Below the pieces are notes generated by a model, which was given only the letters and a program-made list of their open reading frames with translations, ran no database searches and was not told the origin of the DNA. A DNA stretch of 64,000 nt from Callorhinchus milii (taxonomy: Eukaryota): positions 7,442,001 to 7,506,000 of the forward strand of contig NW_024704742.1 of assembly GCF_018977255.1 (NCBI RefSeq), written 5' to 3'. Positions 25,691-36,713 of this stretch are shown piece by piece (position 1 is the stretch's first letter; each line of letters starts with the position of its first letter). The position numbers and the translations under genes were made by a program.

Positions 25691-26377
25691 TTATTTTATA
25701 TGTTGGGGAGAATTTCCACGTGGATTTATTCAACTTATGCAGCAACTCAGTACTTGTGAAGTGTAGCAACTCTATTTCATAGGCAAATATGGCAGTTAAA
25801 CTGCCCGCCGTACTGTCCTACCAACAGCCATGACATGAATGTCCAGTTTGTTTTTATTTGGAGGGCTGTTGGTCAGGAAACCAGGAGAAAATCTCTTCAC
25901 TTTTCCAATAGCACCATAGGATCTTCAACATCTATCTAATCAGGCATTTGGAGTACCATTTCCTGACTGTAAACTCTTATGCCATGATTTGCGGCTTGAA
26001 CCCACAATATTCTAAATCAGAGGTGAGGGTGGATTGAAGTGATCAAATTCTGTGAAGCTCTTTGAGACGTCTTGAAAATGTGATAAGGCGCAATGCTAGG
26101 ATTATTAATATTATAATAATTTGCACTGTATTTATGTAACGCCCTTCACTCAGGGTAGCCTCTCAGAGCACTAACAGCACTAAAAAAATTCTGAATCTCC
26201 CCATTTGTTTGTTTGTTAACAATCTTATATCAATGCTCTTTAATGACCGACTGCAACCTGTGACTCTGCTGCATGCATTCTGTCCCTGCAAATGCTAACA
26301 ATAAACTCATCAACTGAAGGAACTTACAGCTCTACACTTTACCAAGTTTATGGTAAAGCGGATATAATATGATATAT

Positions 26378-26678
26378 AATAATAATAATCCTTGCAATTG
26401 ATATAGTGCCTTGTCACGTCTTTGAGACGTCTCAAAGCGCTTCACAGAATATACTGTAAATATTGACTATGTTTTGTGGGTGAAAGAATTACTCACAGCA
26501 GCGTCCCACAAACAGTCGTGGATCAAGTGACCAAATTATTTTTATTTATTTTGAAGGATTTATTACCCCCGGATAAAAACGATCCGCCAATCGACTAACA
26601 ACCAGGTTCATACTTACATCTAGGTAAACAGTGGCGTGTGGAGTAAGGAAACTTGCCCAAGAGTTTTTGTCTTGCCAG
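26378..26678 (-). mobile_element. tRNA-SINE long form, 5'-truncated
   Basis: Tail, body and central block match the family. Confidence 0.9.
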
Positions 26679-26994
26679 GATATTACTGCAGGGTATAGCG
26701 TAAAATATATATTACATTTATTTGTGGAAAATGTGCAACAGAGACTCATTTACTAAGAACACAACCAATGAACACCATCCTGCTGCACTGGTTGTCTTTC
26801 AGCACACCACACAGTCTCACAAGATGGGCTTTGGCTCAGAACACCCACTCTGCCATTTTCCTATCAGCATCAAGCTTTTTTTTATATCAGCCCTATGTCC
26901 TAGCCTCAACTACCCTTCCTAGTAAACTAACCAAATCCCTCTGGGCAAAGATGTACTTCCTGGTATCTGTCTTGGAATTGTCCTTTGCAACTCT

Positions 26995-27165
26995 ACAACA
27001 ACACCACCAACAAATTCCATTTGATTAGCGCCTTTCACGTCAAGAAGACGTCCCAAGGTGCTGGACAGTCAGGGATCTGCACCCGAGCTGGTGGTTGGGA
27101 TCAGGAGGGGTGGAGGTTGGGGCGGTTTAGGGTAGGGTAGGAGGGTGACCGAAGGCACGGCAACA
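26995..27165 (-). mobile_element. L2 3' end
   Basis: agcgcctttcacgtcaagaagacgtcccaaggtgct...cacccgagctgg. Confidence 0.88.
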
Positions 27166-27765
27166 ACAATAACAACAACTCTAAACCTATGTTCTCTTGT
27201 GGCACTGTCCTGATCCATCCTAATTTATTGTTCTGGGTTTACTATTTCAATCCTATTCATGATGTTAAATACAGTACTTGTATTAGTTAAATACACTCCT
27301 TACAAGACCAAAGAACTCTAGCTCGTCTAACTTGCTGCTCATAGCTCATTCCTCTAACACCGGTTCCTCCTATCATCTCTTGTTGTTCTCCTCTGCACTG
27401 AGCCTGTGGTCCATTACGTCCAGAACTGTATACAGCACAACAATAGCAACAAAAATTTGCATTGATCTAGTGCCTTTCACACAAGGTATCATCCCGGAGT
27501 GCACTCACAACTTGACCAGAGTACCATGTACCTTGAGTATAACTTCTAAAGATCTGAACTCAACTGATTTGACAATAATAGTCCAGCATCCAGTTTGCCT
27601 TTTTTTTGATTATTGGCTCACACTCATTGTGATGACCTGTGAGTGATATATATCAACAAACATCCCTAGCTCTCCTTCGGCTTCCAGGGACGGAAGTTGA
27701 TTCAACGCTCACCATGTCGTCTGTTAAATCAGAGTCTGTAGGTTTCTTCCTTGATCTTATTCACA

Positions 27766-28107
27766 GAGTCCTGTAGCTCAGTGGTTAGAGCACTCGCCTC
27801 ACAAGCGAGAGACCTGGGTTCGATTCCCAGAGAGGGCAAAACATTGGGCAAGTCTCCTTACTCCACACTCCTCTGTTTACCTCGCAGTAAGTAGGAACCC
27901 AGTTGTTATTTGATTGGCAGATCGCTTTGCCGGGGGTAATAAACCCTTCAAAAAAGAATAATGAATTGGTCACTCAATCCACTGCTGCCACGTTTCGCCC
28001 ACAAAATATACAGTCAATTCACTTTACAGTATATTCTTTGAAGAGCTTTAGATGTCTCAAAGATGTGATAAGACGCTGTATCAAAATGCAAGGATTATTA
28101 TTGTTAT
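27766..28107 (+). mobile_element. tRNA-SINE long form flanked by a ~108-bp direct duplication
   Basis: Full head and tail; 27658-27764 aligns with 28108-28216. Confidence 0.93.
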
Positions 28108-28162
28108 AAACACCCCTAGCTTTCCTTCAGCTTCTAGGGATGGGCGTTGATTCATCGCTCAC

Positions 28163-28227
28163 CTTGTGATCTGTTAAATCAGAGTTTCTGTAGGTTTCTT
28201 CCTTGATCTTCTTCACGGTTCCTCTGT
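28163..28227 (-). other. Candidate 65-nt internal exon, host gene unknown
   Basis: Minus strand: ctcactgtattgtcttcag|...cacaag|gtgagc. Purine-rich; the single open frame is DRGTVKKIKEETYRNSDLTDHK. No homology recognised. Confidence 0.3.
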
Positions 28228-29214
28228 CTGAAGACAATACAGTGAGCTTCTGTAGGGTTATAATACCCAGGTTGACAGTGAAGCCCATCAAACCTGAGCA
28301 GGACCAAAGAAACAAGGTCAGAGGTCACGTCTGTAACTCTGCAAGATACCTTGACACGCTCGGCCTACTCACTACTTCCCGTGACATCAAAGGCCAATTT
28401 TTCACAGTCTAATTAACATAGTACTTGTATTCCAACGACAAATTGCAATGTCTGACATGATGTGCGAGCGAGTAACTGGTCATCTCTTCACACCTATTAG
28501 ACTGAAAGAGATTTCCCAGTTGAATACCAGTGGCTGAATCAATGTATCCGATCGCATCTTCCCAACTATTGATTGTTGTAGTTGCACCTACCAATGCTGG
28601 AATTCGCTGGCTATATTTGTTAAAACTTTAAAAAAGGTTTACATAAGTGTGACTGAAATGAAATGTTTGTTCATTATTTGTTATTGTTCCAACATGAAAG
28701 ACCATTGTTAATATTTGACAGCTCAAGGACATTGCTTATTTAATTGGAGTCAAAAGAAAACAATCTTGAATGTATTTCTGTGTCGCTGTGGTTCGATGGG
28801 AATGCTTGAATGGGCAGCAATATTCTGTCCAACACTTGGGTTTGCCGTTCAGACATGAGTGCACCATTAGAATCAAATGACTGCCATCTGATGGGCTCTC
28901 TGGAAAACTACACTTCTGCTAAATTGTACTACGTACGTGCTTTTTTTCATCTTGTATGCTTATGCCGATAAATAAGTTACTTAATAATCTTCGCGTTTGA
29001 TATGGCTCATATCATATCATTGAGCGAACTCAAAGCACTTCCCGGGATTTACCGTAAAGTGGTGTGACTGTGAAACAGAAGCCATATCCTGGTTTCATCG
29101 GAGATGTGTCTGGATAGAATCTAGTCATAAAGATGTGTCCAAGACACAGGTTGCTGGTCAGAAATACATGGAAATAGTGTAGTGTTTTAATTTGGATGCC
29201 TTGAGGCTTTAGAG

Positions 29215-29528
29215 CAGATGATTGAATATAAGAAGATGTTAAACTGAGTTCCGTCAGCCTGTCCCAGGTGGACGTTAAAGATCCCATGGCACTACCCAAA
29301 ACGAGAAGGGGGTTTCACCCTTCTGTCCTGGCCAACGATCTCCCAATTAAAATTGATCATTCACTTCCCAGCTGTTTGTGGGACACTGCTGTGTGCAAAT
29401 TGACTGCCGCATTTTGCCCACAAAATATACAGTTAATTCACTTTACAGTATATTCTGTGAAGCGTTTTGAGACATCTCGAAGACGTGGTAAGGCGTTATA
29501 TCAGATGCAAAGATGATTATTGTTATTG
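29215..29528 (+). mobile_element. Deu-domain SINE, 3' two-thirds
   Basis: caggtggacgttaaagatcccatggcacta...gtcctggccaac (Deu domain) joined to the shared SINE 3' half. Confidence 0.88.
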
Positions 29529-29814
29529 CAATCCATGGGAATTGACATTAGAAGCACTTCCTATGCATAGCGTGTGTGGACGCAGTGTGCAGGAAGTGAC
29601 TTCAGAACCACTTCACGCACTATAGTTTGGATGTGCAACTCAAACAACTCAAGTGGTGTGAGCAGCCGAGTGTCTGACACGTGTGGAAACACATCACCAT
29701 CTGCAGATTGTCCAAACCAATCTCAAAGTTCCACATATACCACCTACACAAAAAATTCCCATGTATTGTAATGGAATGTGCACTTTCTCCCCAAAGGACA
29801 CATCCTGTTCACCT

Positions 29815-30370
29815 ACAACAACAACAACAACAACAACAAGCTTACATTTGTATAGCGCCTTTCACGTCGGGAGGACGTCCCAAGGCGCTGGACAAGGTAC
29901 AGCATTTTGACCCAAGCTGGGGTCATGGTGGGGGAGAAGGGAGGGGAAGGGGATGGCCGATGGCATGGTCTAAGAGGAGGGTCTTGAGGCGCGACTTGAA
30001 GGAGGCTAAGGAGGGGGTGAGGCGGAGTGACTGGGGGATGGAATTCCAGAGGTTGGGGGCAGAGTGGTTGAAGCCTCTCCCGCCAATGGTAGGGCGGATG
30101 GGTCGGGGGACGTGGAGCAGGCCAGAGCCGGCTGAGCGGAGGGAATGGGTGGGTTGGTGGGGGTTAGGAGGTCGCAGAGGTAGGGTGGGGTGAGGCCATG
30201 GAGTGCTTTATAGGTGAGGACCAGGATTTTGAACTGGATCCTCTGAAGGATAGGGAGCCAGTGGAATTGGGCGAGAATGGGGGAGATGGGGTCATGTAGT
30301 TTGGTTCGGGAGAGGACATGGGCTGCAAAGTTCTGGATTATCTGCAGCCTGTGGTAGAGAGTATTAGGCA
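29815..30370 (-). mobile_element. L2 3' fragment, well preserved
   Basis: RLQIIQNFAAHVLSRTKLHDPISPILAQFHWLPILQRIQFKILVLTYKALHGLTPPYL; intact stem-loop; (CAA)n. Confidence 0.95.
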
Positions 30371-30909
30371 CAGGTTGGCAAGAACGTTAGCTGGGGGAAC
30401 CCCAGAGTGTGCGTTCAGGTACTGCTGGAGTTTTAATCAGCTATAACTTGCCATTGAAAGATGGCACTATCTGGCAAGCTTTCCCACTGGTTGTCCAGCT
30501 AGGACCAGTTATGGCTTCGGCTTGCATAGCAGCAACCTGACAAGCTTGAGTCAGCCTGGGATCTGGCTAGTCAATAAAAAGAACAACATACATGTACACA
30601 ATGACTGCATGTACTACTACCTTCATGTGAGATAACGTCTTGGAGTGCAGCACAGAAACAGAGTTGGACACCTGGCAAGGTAGGAAAGGGAGCTAATGTT
30701 GAAGAGGTATACTTTCAGGTGGATTATTATTATTATTATTCTTACCTTAAAGACAGATAGAGATGGGGTGGGACAGATTGGTAGACAGAGGGAATTCCAG
30801 AGGTTAGAGGCATAGAAACTGAAGGCTCAGCGATTGAAGGTGCAGAACAAGTGATTGCGGGACTCAACTTAGCCATGCTCTAACATGTTACAAATGTCAG
30901 CCTCTTGTC

Positions 30910-31558
30910 TCTTGTACTCTTGACCCCGAGTAAGAAGATTGTGGGTTCAAACCCCATATCAGGGCTTCGATCCAGTCTAGTTCTTATGGAACTTATATAG
31001 ATTAATCTGACACTCCAATACATGATGTGGGTGTGCTCAATGATTGGAGATCTTTGGAGCCTTTTTCAAGTCCCATCTCAAGACCCTCCTCTTCAACCGT
31101 GCTTTCGATCACGCTGCTTCCCCCCCGCCCTCCACCCTCCCTGATCCTGACCCCCAGCTTGGGTCCAAAACACTGTCTGTCCAGCACCTTGGGACGTCCT
31201 CCCAACGTGAAAGGCGCTTTACAAATGTAATTTTGTTGTTGTTGTTGTCTTTCAGATGAGACATCAACCCGAGGTCCCATCTGTCTGTTCAGGTGGATGT
31301 TAGAAATCCCATTTTCTCATGAAAAGAGAAGGGAGTTTTCCTGGAGTCCTGGCCAACAATCCCCAAGTAAAGTTGTTCACTCACTTTGCGGCTGTTCATG
31401 GGACGATGCTGCCTGCAAACTGGCTGCCACATTCACCCATAACACACACAGTCACTTAATTTTGTAGTAAATCCTGTGCAGTGTTTTGAGACATTTCCCT
31501 GACATGAAATGCGCTATATCGAATGTAGGGATTATTATGTTGATGATGATTATTATTA
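30910..31558 (+). mobile_element. Deu-domain SINE with a nested L2 tail (~31060-31247)
   Basis: Head gtgggttcaaacccc and ctgacactcca; the Deu domain resumes at tctttcagatgagacatc after (ttg)n. Confidence 0.82.
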
Positions 31559-32699
31559 GAGTAAATCGAGACCCAGGAGAAATTTTCCCCTGCAGAAATA
31601 CCATAACCCTTTTAATCATAATGAATACATCTAACTTCTGGCATTATAATTGTTACCTTTCCTCTTTTATTCCACATCGCATGACATCAAGAGGAAGTAT
31701 TTTACAGTGTTATTGAGCATCACTCTAATTGCAATAGTGCACTTTCAGTCATACAAAACAACCTAAGAACCGCATACCATAATCAGGAAGTCCATTTTAT
31801 TGTGACCAAATCATATTTGATTTGAGTAAAAAAAAACAGTCATTTTCCTTGGTGGAAAAATCATCCGTTCGCCCAGGAGAAGCAGAGTTTGTGGAAATAA
31901 AGACTTGGGGAAGGGAAAAAGCAGTGGTACGAAGGCGTGTGCAAGAGTCCCTTCTTTGTTACGTGAGTCTTATTAAAAATATTTCTTGTGCAGGCCTCTA
32001 AAGTAGACAAACACCTCCAGTGATCTTTGCCCTTGCCTGGCTCAGTTTACTAATATTACCAAGGCTGTAGCTTCAGGCACTCCTGGGTGATAATTAATTC
32101 TGACTTCTGCCATTAATCTCTAATACTTGCCACATGTTCCCCTGCACAGGCTGCACAACACAACCTCTGTGAAAGGGTCCCGTCTCCTCTCCAGCTCAAA
32201 GAATGGTGAGCCCTCGCATTTACCCTTCACAAAATTTTTCAGCAAAGCCTCTGCGGTAGAGTCGGGCACCTTGATGTTTTTGAAGACCGCAGGTTGTCTC
32301 AGTTTACTGCATTCACTCATCGCTCTTTGCCACCGCAAATTGGTCTCTAAACGCACATTCTAATGATTTCATTCGCAATCAGATTATCTGTCACCGTTTT
32401 CTTCCCACTTCCCTCATAGTTGGAAAGCCAATATCTCATTTCAAAGGCCTGCGTTCAGCTAATAAATTACAGTCCGCACTACATCCCGTTCAAATACCTG
32501 ATGGGAAATTCATTTGGGACCCGTAGAAATTGTGCTTTTACTGTATTTAGGATCATGAGTTGTTGTAAGTCCTAATGAGTTAATTGGACATCTCACTCTC
32601 TTGTTATAGACAAGTAAGAATCTTTGGGGAAAAAATTGCCAAATTCTTTTATCCATTCTTTGTGTTAATTAACATTTTTTTTTAACCATCTTGCTGTTT

Positions 32700-33518
32700 G
32701 ACCTGTTTAACCCCCTGGCAAGACTGAGGCCATCCTGATTGGTTCGCGCCAAGCCTCTGCACTTCAGGAATCTGGGTGTCTTGTTTGACCCTGAACTGTC
32801 CTTTCTCCCCCACATTCGCGCCATGACCGGCACTGCCTACCACCACCTCTGCAACATTGTCAGACTCCACCACTGCCTCACCCCTCAGGCTGCCCAAACC
32901 CTCACCCACGCATTCGTCACATCAAGGCTCGATTATGGGAACTCCCTCCTCATCGGCCTTCCCAACTCTTCCCTTCACAAGCTGCAGATCATCCAAAACT
33001 CTGCAGCTCATGTACTCTCACCACCAGGCTCCGTGACCCCATCACTCCCACCCTCGCCCGACCCCACTGGCTCCCCATCCCCCAGAGGATCGAGTTCAAG
33101 ATCTTCGCCCTCACCTTTAAGGCCATCCATGGCCTTCCCCCCTCCTACCTCTCTGACCTGCTGACTCCCTACCAACCTGCCCACTCCCTCCGTTCATCAG
33201 GCTCTGGTGTGCTCCATGTCTTCCGCCCGACCCACCCTACCATCGGTGGCCGGGTTTTCAGTCTCTCTGCCCCCACACTCTGGAGCTCTATCCCACAGTC
33301 CCTTTGCCTCGCTTCCTCCCTTGCAGCCTTCAAGGCCCGGTCTCAAGACCATTCTCTTCCACCATGACTTTGGTCTCCCTCCCACCTCTCTGCCTTCCCT
33401 CACCCCTACACCACCCCTCCCCCATGCTCGGGCCCCGACACCTGACTGTTCAGCGCTTTGGAATGTCCTCCCGGCGTGAAAGGCGCTCTATAAATGTAAT
33501 TTTGTTGTTGTTGTTGTT
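32700..33518 (+). mobile_element. L2 3' fragment
   Basis: RNLGVLFDPELSFLPHI...AAQTLTHAFVTSRLDYGNSLLIGLP...KLQIIQNSAA; tail. Confidence 0.95.
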
Positions 33519-33924
33519 TGATACACACCCTGGAACACTTTGCCATGCTTAAGAGTATCCAAACCGAACTTACCAAGAATTCCATATATTATGCATTGGA
33601 TTACAGGTGGAGTTTAATCATTGGTTCTCCAGCTAGGACCACGCTTCCTATTAGGTGTTTGGCTTGAGTAGAAAGAATCTCTGACCAAGTCCTGCAAATA
33701 AACCTGGGTGTTTGGTCTGTCATACCTTGCAGTACTGCTTATTGATGTTAATTCACATAAAGGATAAGTTAACTTAACATAAAGGATAGGTTAAGGAAAA
33801 CCACCCATGCTGACAAAGACATCCGTGTACAACACCCCCTTACTCCCAGTTCCCAATAGACCCAACCAGCTTCTCCCAGTCAGTTTCTCCATAAATCACC
33901 TGCCTATCTAAGCTGACGGTCCAT

Positions 33925-34325
33925 TGCTGTGCTGGGGGATCTCTGCATCGTCAGAGGTGCCGACCTTTGGGTGAGATGTTAAACCGGGGTCCCGTCTGCC
34001 TGTTCAGGTGGATGTTAAAGATCCCGCGGCACTATTCAAAAAAGAGAAGGCAGTTGCTCCCGGTGTCCTGGCCAACGATCCCCCAAATAAAATTGGACAC
34101 TCACTTCGTGGCTGTTTGTGAGATGTTACAGTGGGAAATTGGTTGCTGTGTTTGCTTACCTATACACAGTCACTCCACTTTTCTGCTTATTAATGTTAAT
34201 TAACTTAAAGGATAAGTTAAGTTAACATAAAGGATAGATTAAGGAAAACTACAAATGCTGTGAACACACCTCCTTACTGTGATGTGCTTTGATACGTCTC
34301 AATAATGCGATAAGGCGTTACATTA
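33925..34325 (+). mobile_element. Deu-domain SINE interrupted by a locally copied ~95-bp segment
   Basis: gaggtgccgacctttgggtgagatgttaaaccggggtcccgtctgcctgttcaggtggatgttaaagatccc. Confidence 0.88.
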
Positions 34326-34329
34326 CACC

Positions 34330-34880
34330 CCATCCTTTCTCAAGATCCTTGTCTCACTTTCAAATTCTCCAGGTCCTACTCTGTGACCTCCTTCAATCTT
34401 ATTACTCACTTCCTTCAGCAAACACTGGCCTGTTTCACATCCCCGTCCTGTCTGTCCCCACCATCTCAGCTTTGAGCTTTCAGCATATTCTAATCCTAAT
34501 TCTTTCTGAAACTCCAATCCCAGTGTCCCCCTGACACAATCCCTTCCTCACTTGGTTCAATGTCTGTCTCAAAACCTACCTGTTTGACTGGGCTTTCGGT
34601 CATCTTTCCCCTCCGCGCCCCTTCCTGCTCCCACCCCCAGTTTGGATGCCCAGCCAGCACTGTCAAACGCTTTGAGACATCCTCCCTATGTGAAAGGTGC
34701 TATAGCAATGTATTGTGTATCAATACAACACAAAATTACATTTGTAGAGCGCCTTTCACTTCGGGACGATATCCCAAGATGCTGGACAGTCAAGGATATG
34801 GACCCAAGCTGGAGGGGGGGGTTTGGGATTAGGGATGGTGGAGAGCAGAGAGGGTAGGAGGGTGGCCGAAGGCGCTGTCA
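34330..34880. mobile_element. Tail-to-tail L2 3' fragments (+ then -)
   Basis: + tail gtgaaaggtgctatagcaatg, then - tail gcgcctttcacttcgggacg. Confidence 0.8.
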
Positions 34881-35394
34881 TGGACACCTTGTTTTTATTA
34901 ATATTCCACCTCCTCCTAATGATATTTACTGTAGATAGTCTGTGTATAGTTTGTGTTAAAATAAGCCGCTTTGCTTTAAGCTCAATTATGGTCCAGGCAC
35001 CGAAAATATAAATGTGAGGCGGTACTGCCTTGAAGACACAAAGTCTGTGACCCGGGTGAGTGTTGCAACAAAATTGGCGGATTAAAGGGTATCGAGTGAT
35101 ACGCTGGAAGGGGAGGAGTTAAAATCGTATCAAAGGAGGGGGCTCATTAGACTCAGGGTCGCTTTTCAGCTTTAGTGTCATCAAAGAGGTACGTGGCTGA
35201 CCTGAGAGCCTCTACAACTTTGAGTGAAGCTGCTCGTGTCAACATTACGACTCTTTATTGTATTATTGGACAGTGTAAGCGAGGAATAGGATCATAAGGA
35301 CCAATATGAGGTCAGCAGGTCACAGAGGTCGGAAGGAGCAAGGCCGTGGAGGGCTTTGCTCAAATGCAACAATGCCTTTGGTCACCTCCAATAT

Positions 35395-35488
35395 AATAAT
35401 AATAATAATCCTTGCATTTTGATATAGCGCTTTTCACGTCGGGAGGACGTCCCAAAGCGCTTCACAGAACACACTGTAAAGTGAATTG
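35395..35488 (-). mobile_element. Short-form SINE tail
   Basis: gatatagcgcttttcacgtcgggaggacgtcccaaagcgc. Confidence 0.88.
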
Positions 35489-35817
35489 GCAAACCTTGGG
35501 GATCTCAGAGTGAACTGGCAAACCTTGGGGACCTCAGAGTGTCCAAAGGGAGTACTAACCAGCTATAACTGCATTGCTTGCCACTGAAAGCACTGTCTGG
35601 CAAGTTTCTCCCTGCTTGTGTGGCCAGGACTATCCTGCACATTAGGGCTCTGGCTTACAGAGTTAGCTGGGGGAAAAGCTGAGCAAAGATGGAAGTTGTG
35701 GGCTCCCAGAGCCTGGTGCGGGACAGGACTGAGGTTGCAGAATTCTGGATGGTCTGCAGTTTGTGTCGAGAGGTGATAAAGTTGTGGATGAGGGTCTCAG
35801 CAGCTGAGGGGGAGAAG

Positions 35818-36141
35818 TAATAATAATAATAATAATCCTTGCATTTGATATAGTGCTTTTCACGTTGAGAGGACGTCCCAAAGCGCTTCACAGAACACAC
35901 TGTAAAGTGAATTGACTGTATATTTGTGGGCGAACGCGGCAGCCAATTGCGCACAGCAATGTCCTACAAACAGTCGTAGATTGAAAATGACCAATTTATT
36001 ATTGTTTTTTTTTGGAGGGATTATTATTAGGCTCTGTGTGGAGTAAGGAAACTTGCCCAAGGTTTCGCCCTCTGCCTGGAATTGAACTCAGGTCTCTCGC
36101 TTGCAAAGCGAGTGCTCTAACCACTGAGCTACAGGACTCCA
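35818..36141 (-). mobile_element. tRNA-SINE young short subfamily, full length, adjoining an L2 remnant (35660-35817)
   Basis: Near-identical to 1543-1879. Confidence 0.95.
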
Positions 36142-36629
36142 CAATATCTAAAGCAAGGATTATTTAGACCAAAGGAGCTGCACTGTTCTGTGTTATAGTT
36201 CCACAGGCCTCAGCTGGTGACTGATACCAGGGGTTTATCCAGGCTTTGACCTTGGGGGAGGTCAGACTTAGACCACTTATTCCAACAGCGAAATGGTATA
36301 AAAAGGCGATCAAAAATGTTAAGACAATTTTTAAGTTATTGAAAACTGAGAGCGTAATGATGACATGATAACTATATTTCGAAGTCTAAAACCTTTAAAA
36401 AGTATATAAGCATAAACACAAAGTGTTTACTGGATCTATTCACAGCAGATTTACAACGAGGAAGAAATAGCCTACATTTTCTCGTAAATCTCCAATTCCG
36501 ACATGAATACAGACAGCGGGAAATTAAAGACAACACTAATAACAAAAAAAAACCTCTGTGCCTCTCTGTGTCCATCAGTGAGTGACAGGGACAGACAGAG
36601 AACGCCAATGTATACAGAGAGACAATGTT

Positions 36630-36713
36630 GTTGTATTTGCTGCTGTCTGTAATGATGCCGAGCGATCAGGGACATTGGTGTTATTACAGACAGCGGGAAA
36701 AGTGAAATACAAC
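36630..36713 (+). other. Long stem-loop (pre-miRNA-like or ancient hairpin repeat)
   Basis: 36640-36661 pairs with 36675-36696 (22 bp, 5 G:U), 13-nt loop; basal gttgtattt/aaatacaac 9 bp. Confidence 0.55.

Noticed and set aside
32120..32356. Protein-looking 78-aa minus-strand ORF
   Set aside because: No recognisable family, no ATG at the annotated start, weak acceptor, and an equally long ORF on the opposite strand
35480..35541. 29-bp direct repeat resembling a CRISPR repeat
   Set aside because: Two adjacent copies with no spacer at a SINE/repeat junction in vertebrate DNA; a simple tandem duplication
1543..36141. All five short-form SINE pieces are on the minus strand (possible host-gene orientation bias)
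   Set aside because: The sample is too small, and L2 and long-form SINEs occur in both orientations
36640..36661. Resemblance of the hairpin arm to the miR-200/429 family (ctgtctg.taatg)
   Set aside because: Lacks the AAUACUG/AACACUG seed and lies on the 5' arm; not assignable
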